From: Eledone cirrhosa
Taxonomy: Eukaryota
Assembly (NCBI GenBank): GCA_964016885.1
Contig: OZ024752.1
Coordinates: 15,004,001-15,068,000, forward strand
Length of the DNA stretch: 64,000 nt
Direction of reading: 5' to 3'
Part shown: piece after piece, positions 43,101-56,320 of the stretch
Numbering within the stretch: position 1 is the first letter of the stretch
How the letters are laid out: the number at the start of each line of letters is the position of its first letter
The notes under the pieces: model-generated
Told to the model about the DNA's origin: nothing
The model's input: the letters and a program-made list of their open reading frames with translations, nothing else
Databases searched by the model: none
Program-made: the position numbers and the translations under genes

Positions 43101-45136
43101 TTGAGCAATGGCCTTGTTGTCCTAGCCCTTCCATACATGGGCACATCATATTAGCTTGTTGCAGGATGTGATGATCTTATGCAGAATTGGATTGGTCTCT
43201 TTATCAGGAATCTCACAGTACAATACCTGATCAATGGCATCAGCAGTTTGGGCTTGGTATCTTCAGCTATTATCAGCAGAATATGAGCATGAGTGAGGCC
43301 TCTTTTCTGCCACTCTATTGTAGCAGAATAAGCCACAAACTTTCCTAGGACATTTCATTTCAGTAGATCATCCATGATGCTGTCATACTTGATCTTGAAG
43401 AATCTTGCACACATATCAGGACGGTCTCTAGGTTCTTCACCAGGGTGCAAACTATTTTTTATTTCATCCCAGTTAGGGTTAGTTGTTACCGTGATTAAAT
43501 AAGATGGCTTTCCCATGTATCGAACCACAGTCATCGAATTCTGAAAGCACTCACTGTAGAAACGAGGTGAACCATAGATTGAAGGAGGAAGAACAATTCT
43601 CCGGCCTGCATCATACAAACCCTCATACGTTTCAGCTCGTATCATAGTTTGATTGTTGCGGGCCCCTTTGAGGCGACAATGTTCTATTTTTGCCTGGGTT
43701 TACAGCATATTGCTGCATCAGACGCCTGCTCTTCATGATAATGTTACAGTCACCTTGCCTAACCTGAAACCGATAACAGTAGAAATCCGTGGGTGTGAGT
43801 GTGTGGTTGTTGTCAATCCTTTTCAAACCAACCTGAAACCCATCATTCCCCCAAGGAAACAGTAGCACATAATGCAGAGGATCATAAGAACGGTGCAACT
43901 GATGAATCCTCTGAAAAGACCACCATCTCTTTTATGAATGATGACATCCAAAAGAGCTAATCCTGTATCATGTTGAATAACAGTAATCTCAGATGCCATG
44001 GGAAGATTATATATGTGACAATGAAAATTAGTGGGTTTTACTTTGTCAGCATGTAGGACAATATTCACATTTTCAGAGACTGGCATTTCAATGACTGACT
44101 TGAAGCTTCTTATATAGGTGTTGCAGTAGTGTAAGTCTTCTTGCAGGTCCTGCAGGACAGCAGCATCTAAATTAGCATGATGCAAGCGATTCTGAAGCTC
44201 ATGATCTGTATCATAGAAGTAAAGCTGGGCAAACTTGGGTGAAGCATCACTTGGAAGTAGTGATCCCATAATGTGACAAATCTTACCTTGAATCTTAAAT
44301 GTGGGACTAAATCCTGGTGCTTCAATCTCTTTGCAACCAATTGAAGCTAAGGCAAGCACATTGTCATGTGCCTGTATCTTATGGAGAAAAGAATTTCCTG
44401 GTTGAGTGATATCGAAATATTTCAGTATATTTGGTGGAGAAGGAGGAAGTTGAGGGAGTTTCACTTTTCCCTAGAAGCAGCACAGAGATTTGGGTTCATG
44501 CGGCCAGCGATAAGCTTTGCAGTGCGGACAAACAGAGGCAAGGAGACTCCCTGCATTATGTTGTGGCATTATGGAAAGAACAGTTTGCTCTTGGAAAGGT
44601 TCATCTGTAAGATTCTTTGCCAGACCATCAATTGACATGTTCCTTCCTCTCTGAACGTTTGGTGTATTTGTTGCAAGTTGTTGTTGGTGTGTTAACTGAA
44701 TTACATTTGTAGAAATGTGTTGGAATGTTGTAGAGCGATTATTGTTTGATTGATTTGCCTTCTTCTCTCTTTGTCGTTGTGCGTCTGCTGCCACGCGTTG
44801 GGATTTAGATGAGAAATGTTTTCTGCGTCGCATATTCACTCTCTGTCATGTATGTATAAATATATGTTATCTCTACGGTGAAATCTTAGAAATAAATATA
44901 TGTTAAAACAAAAAAATAAATAATCGCTTCTTCTTTCTCTTTCACTCTCTCTCTCTCTCTATAAATATACCGGAAGTATTGAAATATATGTTTAATCATG
45001 TGTTACGAATTTTAGTAGATAAATTATTTAATATTCATTCATTATTTATTGAAAATAATGCAACTTATTTTACAAACGGGATAGAAAATTATATTCTAGA
45101 TGCAGTCCCGCACTCCTTGCTTTATTATAGTTTAGA
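40111..45136 (-). mobile_element. Decayed autonomous Helitron
   Basis: 3' hairpin aaccaccc-taa-gggtggtt (40121-40139) then CTAG|T at 40111; 5' A|TCTAAACTATAATA at 45136; RepHel remnants inside. Confidence 0.9.
40574..44839 (-). pseudogene. Helitron Rep/PIF1-type helicase, multiply frameshifted
   Basis: LITVTTNPNW, EWQKRGLTHAH, VKYLYKY, ASTGKT, LIIDE, GDWKQILPV, AFALTCNKAQGQT, FSHGQMYVALSR. Confidence 0.93.
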
Positions 45137-45269
45137 TTATATCTGTTAGTGTTTTCGTTCTGTAACCATTACATTAAATGAGTTTTAAAAATAAAGAGTT
45201 AATAAATAAATAAAACGTTATACTTATTTACCCTCCCATTCCAATTAAACCGAGTGCTATCATGACTGT

Positions 45270-45935
45270 ATGTGTGTGTTTGTATAAATGTATATGTATG
45301 AATGTATGTATGTTTGTGTAAATGTATATGTATGAATGTATGTATGTTTGTGTGAAAGTATGTGTGAATGTATGTATGTTTGTGTGAATGTATGTATATT
45401 TGTGTGAAAGTATGTGTGAATGTATGTATATTTGTGTGAAAGTATGTGTGAATGTATGTATATTTGTGTGATTGTATGTATGTTTGTGTGAAAGTATGTA
45501 TGAATGTATGTATATTTGTGTGAAAGTATGTGTGAATGTATGTATATTTGTGTGATTGTATGTATGTTTGTGTGAAAGTATGTATGAATGTATGTATATT
45601 TGTGTGAAAGTATGTATGAATGTATGTATATTTGTGTGAAAGTATGTGTGAATGTATGTATATTTGTGTGAAAGTATGTGTGAATGTATGTATATTTGTG
45701 TGATTGTATGTATGTTTGTGTGAAAGTATGTATGAATGTATGTATATTTGTGTGAAAGTATGTGTGAATGTATGTATATTTGTGTGAAAGTATGTGTGAA
45801 TGTATGTATATTTGTGTGATTGTATGTATGTTTGTGTGAAAGTATGTATGAATGTATGTATATTTGTGTGAAAGTATGTGTGAATGTATGTATGTTTGTG
45901 TGAATGTATGTATGTTTTTGTGAAAGTATGTATAT
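45270..45935. repeat. Minisatellite (32-bp gtgtgaaagtatgtgtgaatgtatgtatattt with 20-bp variants)
   Basis: Visible tandem periodicity; lies between Helitron 5' ends. Confidence 0.92.
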
Positions 45936-46114
45936 AATCTCTATCTCTCTCCTCACAAACTCTCTCTTTCTATATATGTTATTATAGTTTAGATTGAAGT
46001 GGTGGTGGTGGTGCCGATGATATCCCGGAAGTGCAACTTTGAAAAGAAGTCAATTTGAAATTATTAATTTTCACGAAATTATTTTTGTTTACGAAATTGA
46101 GTAGATACATTATG

Positions 46115-46266
46115 TAATGCTCCATCATAGTTACGTCCCTTTACGATCTGAGTTCAAATCTCGCCGAGGTTGACTTTGCCTTTCATCCTTACGGGGGTCG
46201 ATAAAATAAAGTACCAGTAATGCACTGGGTAATTGCTGGCCTTGTGCCTAAAGTAAAAACTATTAT
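46115..46266 (+). mobile_element. tRNA-derived SINE
   Basis: B-box gagttcaaatc and shared core. Confidence 0.85.
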
Positions 46267-46524
46267 TTATTCAAAGTAATCCAACTTATTTTACAAACGG
46301 GATAAACCAATATGTTCTGGACACAGTCCCGCACTCCTTACTTTGTTATAGTTTAGATATGGAAACAGAAACTCACAGACGCTATGCTGTGATGACACAC
46401 ACTTGTAATAATGTGCGAGATGACAAAGTTTTCCTGGTGTTCTTCGGAAAATTAAGTATTGGGAGTAATTATTTTTCATAACTGACGTACACACACACGC
46501 ATACACGCACACACACACACACAC

Positions 46525-46555
<31 letters not shown>

Positions 46556-46574
46556 TATATATATATTTATATAT

Positions 46575-46740
46575 AGTAGAGGGGGTAATAGGAATATGTT
46601 CAAGACCCCGATGGCAGAGCTCAAGCCGTTTCGACGGCTATTTCTGGACTAAATTAGAATTTTAGCGTGCTAATAAATAGCCGAACTTTTCAGGGGTAAT
46701 TCCTTATATGGGAAGAATGTAGTTGTCAAAAGGTTAAATC
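46575..46740 (-). mobile_element. Family F element with degenerate large HHR (46605-46697)
   Basis: acccc TGAAAA gttcggctattt...aaatagccgtc GAAA cggc...gcca TC ggggt; left end at (TA)n, right boundary uncertain. Confidence 0.7.
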
Positions 46741-47110
46741 TTTCACGACGGAGGGTGTGAGGTGTGGGTGGCTGAACTTGCCCGTAGAACAATGAGGGAG
46801 TGGGTGGAGCTGGTCAAGCGTTGCAAGTGAATTCTATACAGCAATTTCTAAGGAGCGTTGATGAAAAAAGTCTAGCTAGAAAGTAGGTGAAAAAAGAATT
46901 CTGGAGGAATTCTAGAAGTTATAAAAGTAAGAAGTTAATAAATTGAAATAAAAAAAAAAAATAATAAATAAAAATAATAATAATATAAAAAATTTAATAA
47001 TAAAAAATAATAAAAAGAAAAACTAGAGTCTAAAGCAGCTGCTATATTTTTATGTTCCAAACAGATATGAAGCACTTAAATTTATCTGGAGTATTATAAT
47101 AATAATTGTT

Positions 47111-47288
47111 TTGTTTCTACTTTTGGCACAAGCCCACCAATTATCACAATGTATTACTGGTACTTTATTTTATCAACCCCGTAAGGATAAAAGGCAAAGT
47201 TAACCTCGGCGGAATTTGAACTCAGACCATAAAGGGACATAACTCTTTACTGCAAAGCATGGAGCCCGACCCTCTACTGATACTGCCA
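47111..47288 (-). mobile_element. tRNA-derived SINE
   Basis: A/B boxes and core. Confidence 0.85.
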
Positions 47289-47556
47289 TAATAATAATAG
47301 TATTTGCTATCTATTACGATTATATATATATATCTACCTTAGGGGGAGATCATTAATAATAAAATATGAATTCCTACGTGTAAAAAATACATATAGGGAA
47401 ACAAGGTTTATCCAACCGTATGCCAATGTGGTTCTATGGCGGGTTAATAAATTAACAAGCCAGAACATATAAAATAAAGGTCTAGCAAATAGAGAAGTTT
47501 TAAAATAAATTTTAAAAAATTCGCTGTACTTACTATATGTGCCTTTACCGCGGTTT

Positions 47557-47591
<35 letters not shown>

Positions 47592-47634
47592 GTTAAATAA
47601 AAAGTCAAATGTTTAAAATTTAGCTTCGTTTATT

Positions 47635-47689
47635 GCTGCTATATATATTTCAGTGACAGCCATCTTTGGCTGTGACCTCTTCAAGCAGT
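47635..47689 (-). ncRNA. Minimal hammerhead, family I-related
   Basis: actgc TTGAAGA ggtc-acagcca-aaga-tggctgt-cact GAAA tatata TA gcagc aataaa; U3-G8. Confidence 0.7.
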
Positions 47690-48375
47690 CCGAGTTAGTG
47701 TGGTATAGACAGGTACATATGTTGTTGAGGTGTATAATATTGTCAATACTCTGATATGCCCAGTTCCTGGTTGGGTTATTATTTCACTGAGGAACTGGAA
47801 TCATATGAATTCAAACAAACGAATTTCAGTGTCAAAGGGCCTCTTCTCCTCTCATTGGTCAGTTGTTAGAACATTCCTCATAAAGTGGTAGAAGGGACAA
47901 GGTGTTAAAGGAACAAAATAACACAAAAAGTGTCAAACATCCCATTGGTCAGTTCTGAGAGCATACCTCAGTCAGAAGTCTATAGAATTCTTTCTGGGGT
48001 GAGGCTCCCTGTAGTGTTTGTGTTTGCTATTTTAAGTACATTTGACCTCTACCATTATTTTGGTAGTGTTGTTGGTGTTGTCGTCAGCTTATGTCTTGCT
48101 TCTGTTGACAATTTAGAAGTATCTGTGTGTGTTTCTTCTTCATCTCTCCTGCCACCATCTCTCATAGTGGTGGTGGTGGGGTGGTGGGGTGGGGGGTTCT
48201 TTCATGTATATGAAGAAATATAAGGCAATACATGAAGAAAACAGAAAATAAATAATATAATTTGTATAATGTGAAAATATATATATTGAAACCGCGATAA
48301 ATATATATATATATATATATTGAAACCGCCATAAATATATATATATATATATATAGTAATAATAATAATAATAAT

Positions 48376-48884
48376 TTACCACATTCTGAGAAGTGGTATG
48401 AGCATAAGCCAGAGTAAGTGATAGAAAACGATCAGGTGAAGGTGCTGTGGGATTTTAGGATACAGACGGACAAGAAACTGGAACACAATAGACCTGACCT
48501 GGTGGTTTTGGACAAAGAAAAAAGATTGTGCCTGATTGTGGATGTGGCCTGCCCATTCGACACGAGAGTGCAAGAGAAGGAGAGGGAGAAAATTAACCGA
48601 TACCAGGACTTAAAGTGGGAGGTAAAAAGGATTTGGAACTGCCATGAAGTTAAAGTGGTCCCGATTGTCATAGGTGCACTAGGTACTATCTCAAAACGTT
48701 TCCAGGGATGGTTAAAGAAAATTGGCCCCGCCATGCCTTTTGGAACGCTTCACAAGGCATGCTTGCTGGGAACAGCAAGCACCCTCTGATACGTCCTGAA
48801 TACCTGGGGCAGCAGGTAGTGGCTTGATATTCATTTCAACAAACTTTCCAGTTAACTAACATCAATGACTGAGACTCAAAGAAC
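48376..48884 (+). mobile_element. R4/Dong-like RLE retrotransposon 3' fragment in (TAA)n
   Basis: WYEHKPE, VLWDFRIQTD..HNRPDLVV, IVDVACPFD, EKINRYQDL, VVPIVIGALG; (AAT)n on both sides. Confidence 0.85.
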
Positions 48885-48939
<55 letters not shown>

Positions 48940-49032
48940 GTAATAATAATAAATTTGAAGACTAAAATCCAAAGAGGGTTCGATAAGGATAAATATATAT
49001 CAAATATATAAGAACCGTAGAGCAAATATCTA

Positions 49033-49527
49033 TTAAAATAACACATTAAAGTTTAAGCAAAGAATCGCTGCTTTCACCCTTAACGGGATCTTCTGAAACT
49101 AACAAAGTCAATCTGTAAACGCAGAAGTGGATATTTCAAAAAACGTTGCAATCGGAGGAAGACAGGAAGACGAAACTTTGGTTAGTGGAAACGTTCCCTG
49201 GCAAAGAACGGGAAAGAACGAATATAATACGTCATTATTTGGAGCGGTGAAAAACAATTACACGCAAAGACAAAACCACGTTTATGGTATAAAAGAAGTC
49301 GTAGACTAATGTTCTCTTAGGTGATTCATAGAGACGTTCTCTGGCAATGAACGGAAAAACGGATGATAATACGTCATATGTGGAGCGGGGAGAAGAATTG
49401 CACGCAAAGACAAAACCACGTAAATGGTATAACTGAAGTTGTAGACTAAAATTCTAACTAGGAAACCGAATGATTCTCGGCTTCAGAGTTAAGAATAAAG
49501 GAAATAAAATACAGAGGTAAATGAAAT

Positions 49528-49530
<3 letters not shown>
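49033..49530 (-). mobile_element. Family A element with internal ~140-bp duplication
   Basis: Homologous to the 1322-1712 element; ~49190-49315 is repeated at ~49332-49455. Confidence 0.72.
49050..49100 (-). ncRNA. Hammerhead-like motif, family A
   Basis: Perfect stem I agttt/aaact, core CAGAAGA, CUU triplet. Confidence 0.6.
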
Positions 49531-49593
<63 letters not shown>

Positions 49594-49600
<7 letters not shown>

Positions 49601-50852
49601 AGATCAAAAGATGGTTAAATGAGTTCCATGTATTTTATTATGCGCATTTCAAAAACAAATACCATCATGCAATAACATTTGTGTTTTGACCAGATAAAAT
49701 AGGACATGATATGAAGGTTAAAAACACTTGTGGATAGTGCAGTTTTAAATCAACATATGAAAAGTAGTTTCAGATTGATGTGTGATATTGGGGAAAACAT
49801 TTTTTTAGGGGGGGGGGGTGAAAAAGAGGAAAATATGAGAATAAAAAGTGGAGGGGGAGGAGTATAATGAGGAAGGATGAGATAGGAGGAGAGATGGCTG
49901 ATAGAGAGAGAGAGATAGCTTTTATAACTGAGAAAATTATATTGTTTTACATAGAGAGGTTGAAAAACCGTTGGAAGATAATGTATAAATTAAAAGAATT
50001 TGAAAATTAACGAAGTTAATGTAAAGTTAAGGTTTGTATATTGAAGGGTTTAATAATATGTGCGATGAAAAGAAATTGTTAATATGTATTAAGAATAATA
50101 TTTAAGGGTTTAATAATATGTGCGATGGAAAGAAAATGTTAATATGTATTAAGAATAATTTTAAGGGTTTAATAATATGTGCGATGGAAAGAAAATGTTG
50201 ATATGTATTATTAAAAAAAACAGAAGTAATGTAAGACAATGGTTGTTGAGAGGACATTTATTGCCCTGCTAAAAATAAATGTCCTCTCAACAACCATTGT
50301 CTTGATAAAAACATTATTTTTCTCTTCGTTAATTTTCAAATTCTTTTAATTTATACATTATCTTCCAACGGTTTTTCAACCTCTCTATGTAAAACAATAT
50401 ATTTTTCTCAGTTATAAAAGCTATCTCTCTCTCTCTATCAGCCATCTCTCCTCCTATCTCATCCTTCCTCATTATACTCCTCCCCCTCCACTTTTTACTC
50501 TCATCTCCTCCTCTTTTTCATCCTTTCCAACCTCCCACCCCCCTCAAAAAAAATGTTTTCCCCAATATCACACATCAATCTAAAACTACTTTTCATATGT
50601 TGATTTAAAACTGCACTATCGACAAGTGTTTTTAACCTTCATATCATGTCCTCCTATTTTATCTTATGAAAACACAAATGTTATTGCATGATGATATTTG
50701 TTTTTGAAATGTGCATAATAAAATACATGGAACTCATTTAACCATCTTTTGATCTTATATATTATGTATACTCCAGTCCTACAAACTGTAGAGTGCTTCT
50801 TATCCGATATCTGCATTGCTTTATTGTACTACAATAAAACTCACCTCCTACA
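49594..50852. mobile_element. Large fold-back element, family J
   Basis: Inverted arms ~49594-50015 and ~50325-50763; degenerate HHRs at 49631-49701 (minus, core ctggtca) and 50655-50725 (plus, core cttatga). Confidence 0.82.
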
Positions 50853-50866
50853 TATATATATATATA

Positions 50867-51463
50867 CTAGACCATCTGTGACCCGTTGGGTCACGTTCCC
50901 TTCCAAATATTAAAAAAAAATCATGTTCACTTAAAAATAATTTTTAAACAATTAAATTATAGACAGACATGTATATAATGTGAAATGAAACTGGAAGACC
51001 CATATATACACGCGTGTCTGTGTATATATATATAAATGTGTGTGTTTGCATAGATATATATATATATGCATATTTGTGTGCATGTATATGTGGGTGCCTG
51101 TGACATATATACACTGGACATAGACACACACACAAACACACACACACACACAAACATATACACACACACATACATATACACTCACACTCACATGTATATA
51201 TGCACAACAGCACGAGCTCTCCTCCCCTCTTCCATTCTCCTTCTCTGTCTCCGCTCCCTCTCTATATGTCTCTCTTTCAATCTACTCTCTCTACCTTTCT
51301 CTCTCTGTATTTATGAAGGTACCCAGAAAACCGCGTACCTCAGAAACCCGTGTACCGAATTACGCAAAACTTATTTTATTCCATTTCTATTCCCATTAAA
51401 GTGTCAACTTCTTATCAAAGTATTTTGCCATTATGCACCGTTTTGGCTGTATTATATTACAGA
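50867..51463 (-). mobile_element. Non-autonomous Helitron
   Basis: CTAG at 50867 with hairpin gtgaccc-gtt-gggtcac; candidate 5' TCTGTAATATAATA at 51463. Confidence 0.6.
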
Positions 51464-51617
51464 CGTGTAAGCAGGCAATCACAGAGTTTTAGTAGTACAT
51501 ATATATATTCTCCAGTCTCCTTCTCAGCAAGGAAGATGAACAAAAACTTACCTCTTAAATTTAAATCTTAAATTTTTAGTTTTTAATTCTTATTAATTAT
51601 TTTTAATTGTAATACTC

Positions 51618-51665
51618 AACATTTGATAAGATGAATTTTAATAATACATCGAAACCGGTAATACT
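51618..51665 (+). ncRNA. Minimal hammerhead, U3-A8 variant (family K), weak stem I
   Basis: at TTGATAA gatg-13nt-catc GAAA ccgg TA at. Confidence 0.55.
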
Positions 51666-51790
51666 TTATAAACATTATAGAACTATTTTTTAAAAGAATT
51701 GTCCCTCTCATTTTTTCAATGTCACTTTGACGAATCAAAAAAAGGAAAAAAATGAAAAACAGACACTAACATATATTTTCCATGCTATTT

Positions 51791-51886
<96 letters not shown>

Positions 51887-52089
51887 TGTCTAATATAGGT
51901 GATTCAGTGAATTATTGGTGTTCGTATCAAAAGAAGCCCTCACTGCACAGAGTGTATATATATGTATATGTATATGTGTGTGAGTGTTTGTTGAACGTGT
52001 GTGTGTGTATCCCGGGTTCAATCGGGGGTAACCACAGTAAGTAAAGTGCTCAATACATAGCAGAGTATAAATATTTAATATAGAAATGG

Positions 52090-52136
52090 CTTCTACAGGA
52101 CTAGAACTGTTTCATTCGAAGGAGATCATCAGGAAA
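52090..52136 (-). ncRNA. Hammerhead motif (family L); degenerate inverted copy at 52238-52284
   Basis: tttc CTGATGA tctccttcgaat GAAA cag-ttctagtc-ctg TA gaag; part of fold-back ~52070-52301. Confidence 0.62.
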
Positions 52137-52318
52137 GTTCTTTTCGCAGGTGGGGGGGGGGGGGTTAGGATGTTCTTCATGGAAATATCGATATCGAGTT
52201 TGGTCAGCATGATTTCTTGGTGATGGTTAAGAGTTGCGTTCCTGATGATTTCCTTCGAATGAACAGTTCTATTCCTGTAGTAACCATTTCTACATTAAAT
52301 ATATATATATATATATAT

Positions 52319-52661
52319 ACAAAGGAATTGTGGTAAGGAACCAGATGGAACATAACGCACCAGAGCACTCAATACTTAGGGTAGTAGAGTGGGAAATAGG
52401 AAAAAGTATGACCCTGACGGCAGAGCTCAAACCGTTTCGACGGCTATTTCTGGACTAAATTAGAATTTTTAGCCTGGTGAATAAATAGCTGAACTTGTCA
52501 AATTTTAACCAATCCTCTTGACAACTACAATCTTCCCATATAAGGAAGTACCCCCCTTGACAAATTCGGTTATTTATTCACCAGGCTAAACATTCTAATT
52601 TAGTCCAGAAATAGCCGTCGAAACGGCTTGAGCTCTGCCGTCGGGGTAAAACTTTTTCCTA
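52319..52661. mobile_element. Fold-back element, family F
   Basis: Minus arm 52319-52500 broken just past the HHR core, then plus arm with a complete HHR. Confidence 0.82.
52553..52646 (+). ncRNA. Type I hammerhead, U3-A8 variant with extended stem II (family F)
   Basis: cccc TTGACAA attcggttattt...aaatagccgtc GAAA cggc-ttgagctct-gccg TC gggg. Confidence 0.8.
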
Positions 52662-53529
52662 TATATATATGTGTGTGTGTGTGTGCGTGTGCCTGTAGTG
52701 AGAGAGAGGAGAGAGAGAGAGAGATGTCGGAGTGAGGGAAAGATACATATATTTCCTCATATTATTGTGAGTGGTTAGAACTTTCCATCATCTAAGTCTA
52801 TTCTCGCAATTGCAATTTGAACATCGCCTCCCTTCAGGATAAGAAAAGATCTTCTATAGCCTTAAGTATTCTTTGGTAATAATTTAACTGAAAATAATTG
52901 GAGTGGGATTTGTATATAAGAAATCTTAATGAATCATACGAACATGTTTCTATGTAATTATGTTTTCTAAGCGAATATTCATTCAGTCATTTTTTTAGAC
53001 TAAAATGCTTCAAAATATATCGAATACTAAAGAAGAAATCAGCATGTGCACTGATTTGTGTTTCAATAAATGTTAGACATGAACATGCCTGAGGGAAACG
53101 TTGTGTATAATTTGCATATATACAAATACTCTTCATTTCTTATATCTATTTTCCATATTTTATATTAAAGTTAAACATTAGCGTATGTAAAAATATGGAT
53201 GAAACTAAACATTTGAGAATTAAAATGTGAAATATTATTTAGAATGTTTACCATGTTATTACTCCAAATAATATTTCATGACTGTCAGTTACCTTAATTT
53301 AAATGTAAGCAATTCTACAAGTAACAAAATAGACCATAGAAGGCAAGAAACGCCATGAACAAACTACAGCCAATCCCATTCACCAGAGACAAGTTCTAAA
53401 GTAAAAATCAATCACTCCCTTCAAAACCACTCTCATACGCATTCAGCATGGCCTGAGACATCCTGCACGAACTACGGATGTGAGAATTATGGGCGATATC
53501 AGGCTGCAACCGTGTTATTACGCGGTTAC

Positions 53530-53737
53530 TGATAAAATGGCATTGAGCGTCAGACACCATTCATCGTGACATAGAGTTTCGGCGCTTTTCGTTCCGAGTT
53601 CAAACCTCGCCGTGGTTCGCTTTGCCTTTCATCCTTACGGGGTCGATAAAATAAAGTACCAGTCACTCACTGGGGTCGATTCAATCGACTCTCTTATTCC
53701 CAAATTTGCTGGCTTTGTGTCTAAATCAGAAACAATT
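53530..53737 (+). mobile_element. tRNA-derived SINE
   Basis: gagttcaaacc B-box and shared core. Confidence 0.8.
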
Positions 53738-56099
53738 AATTATCATATATTCAACATCCCCTTCTCCTTCATACAATCCATCTCGCAGCGTGCAATTTCA
53801 CAAATTTTTTATTAAACAAAACACAAGCAAAAACAGTCTCTGATAATAAATTATCTTTTTTTCTTTCTTGTAATCCATTGTTATAGACTGTACATACAGG
53901 GAATAAGTATTGACTTGTGATAATATATTATATATCCAATATCATATACCAAATACAGAAAATAATGATATATTTAATAAGTGAATACTAGTAACGTATT
54001 CTATTATTTTCTATCGAAGCCAATTCTTACTGAAATACAACCAATGACTATTTCTATTCCTGCCTTTCTACAGTAAGATGTTTATATCTTAAATCTCAGT
54101 ACCCCTGCTATGGCTACTGCATATAAAAACATCTATATTACCCGGTGTAATATACAACGGGAGGTAAATGAGAAACACCCACATACATAGCATATAATGA
54201 TTTGAAAAGATATCAGGTGGCACCACGCAATACTAAACAAATTATTGAACATTAAAATAAATCTATAAGTACATTGCAAACGCTGGTGCAATTTAATCAT
54301 GTTCTTCTCATTTCTACACCGTACTCTAAGAGTTTTGTTGAATACGATGATAGATATATTGTAATGGATTTAACCACTTATTTCCAAACTAGGAAAATAG
54401 GAACTTTAAATATAATTGAATAATAAATAATTGGCTGTCCCTAAAAGTCACCGAGCGCTGAATTTTACATCATCATTTATCTATTTTATTTCGTATTTCT
54501 TCCTGAATTTCAATGTTACTCACCACATAATAACACATACTGAGAATATGAGAGATAGAGAACGAAGGCGAAACAGTGAGAGAGAATGAAATAGAAAGAC
54601 AGGTTATTCGGCAGAGTTGTGTTGATTCCCTCTTGCTCTATCTGGATATATTTTGCTTTCTGCACAAACTGGGTGCATAGATCTTTTAAGCTACGGTCAT
54701 GTCGTCCATATTTTACTGCAGAAAATATTTTGCTTTGGATATCTTTCGCAGGACTGCAAACCATCCTTTAATTGTTTGTCAACTATAGAGCAATACATTT
54801 TCGAGGACATCAATGTTTGGGGTTAGAATATAGATATATGAATAATGTGTAAAATATCATGTAATTCCTCTCTACTCATAAGTGAAGTATGTCACTGTCC
54901 TTATAGAGCTTGCATATCTCTTAATACGGCTTTTTTTTTATTGCGAATTGTATTTGGTTTCAATTTCCTTTTTACGAAGATATAATTCGGATCAATATTT
55001 GAGGATTGCAACTTTAATATTAGTACTAATATATTCGTTATTCTGTCGATACTTCGACTCAACCCTTTATTCACTGTTTTCGATTCAATATATGGCCCTC
55101 CCTATATTACGCTTTATGTGTAAAATACGGATGAGGTGCTAGTACTAAATAGTCAGGCATGATAACCCAATTGGCGCATCACGCACAATATATTTCATGG
55201 TGATAGATTCTCCTGTGACTGGTGTGCCTTTCTCTAGATATATCTTGTTAGTAGCCTAGTAACAAGCGGAAACAATGGATGCTGATGAAACAGACAAGGT
55301 ACTTTTACATTCCCATAAATATTAAAATATCCGCAATATACACAATATACACCTAGAAAATATGTGCCGTTAACGCTCCGGGATTCATCCAAATTTTCAT
55401 GAGCTTTGATTTTCCTCATGTAATGTATCCAAATTCCTCCTTTCAATCACGCATGCTTGTTCGGGTAACTGCTTTTTTTTTTTTTCTAATGTTTGCTTAT
55501 GATCTGATCATGAAAAATCTGTACGAGTTTACATGTAACCTGTAGTGCTGAAGCTCAACCTGAGTTTAAGATTCACATATATGTCCATCTATCCATTCTT
55601 CGATCTCTCAGTAATATTTTTCAGTTTGAATGTGCAAAAGAATCAATGGTATGGAGGAAAACAAACATTTATTTCACTATCAATACGATGAATTTTGATT
55701 TGAAATAAAATAATCATTATTTAGGAGAGCGCGGGATCTCATGAATCTTTTTGAATGTGGAATTCTATAAAACTTCACAATAGATTATATTGCTATAAGC
55801 GAACACAAAAATTGAATAGAAATATCTGTAATATATTTTGAGAATGTAAACGTATTCACAAAATGAATTTGCTATATCCAGCGTCTCGGAAATAACATTT
55901 GAGCTGCTCTGTTTTGTCTATAATGAAAGGATGTGAAACATATTCCAATTTTAAGAAATGTAGTATTTGATGAAGGCCAACAGGTAGAAAACAGAATTTC
56001 CAGCGTGTGAAAGTGAATGAAACTGATAAAATAATAAGGAACTCTGAGATAATTATAAATATCTATATAATTATATATATGTAGATAATTATATGTATA

Positions 56100-56165
<66 letters not shown>

Positions 56166-56283
56166 TAGAGGGAATAGAAAATGCTGACAAATTGTTCACA
56201 GTTGAAAAATGGTTTAATTAGGAATAAAAAAGTATTAGTGATTGTATGGGTTAGTATTCAGTTGTGGTTTTAAGTTTTTAAGT

Positions 56284-56320
56284 TTTTACCGGTTGCGCAT
56301 TTCTAAATGCTTTTCAAAAA
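56284..56320 (-). ncRNA. Hammerhead-like motif, family C
   Basis: Same motif as 4621-4656, including GCAA. Confidence 0.45.

Noticed and set aside
45228-45956. 242-aa His/Thr-rich ORF or CRISPR-like array
   Set aside because: Minisatellite without unique spacers; eukaryotic context with no cas genes.
47360-47415. Hairpin followed by GAAA resembling an HHR 3' half
   Set aside because: No recognisable CUGANGA-type core and no stem I pairing.
54516-54764. ORF with RHDRSLKDLCTQFV, vaguely like an E2F DNA-binding helix
   Set aside because: Lacks the downstream RRxYD motif and supporting exons; similarity too short.
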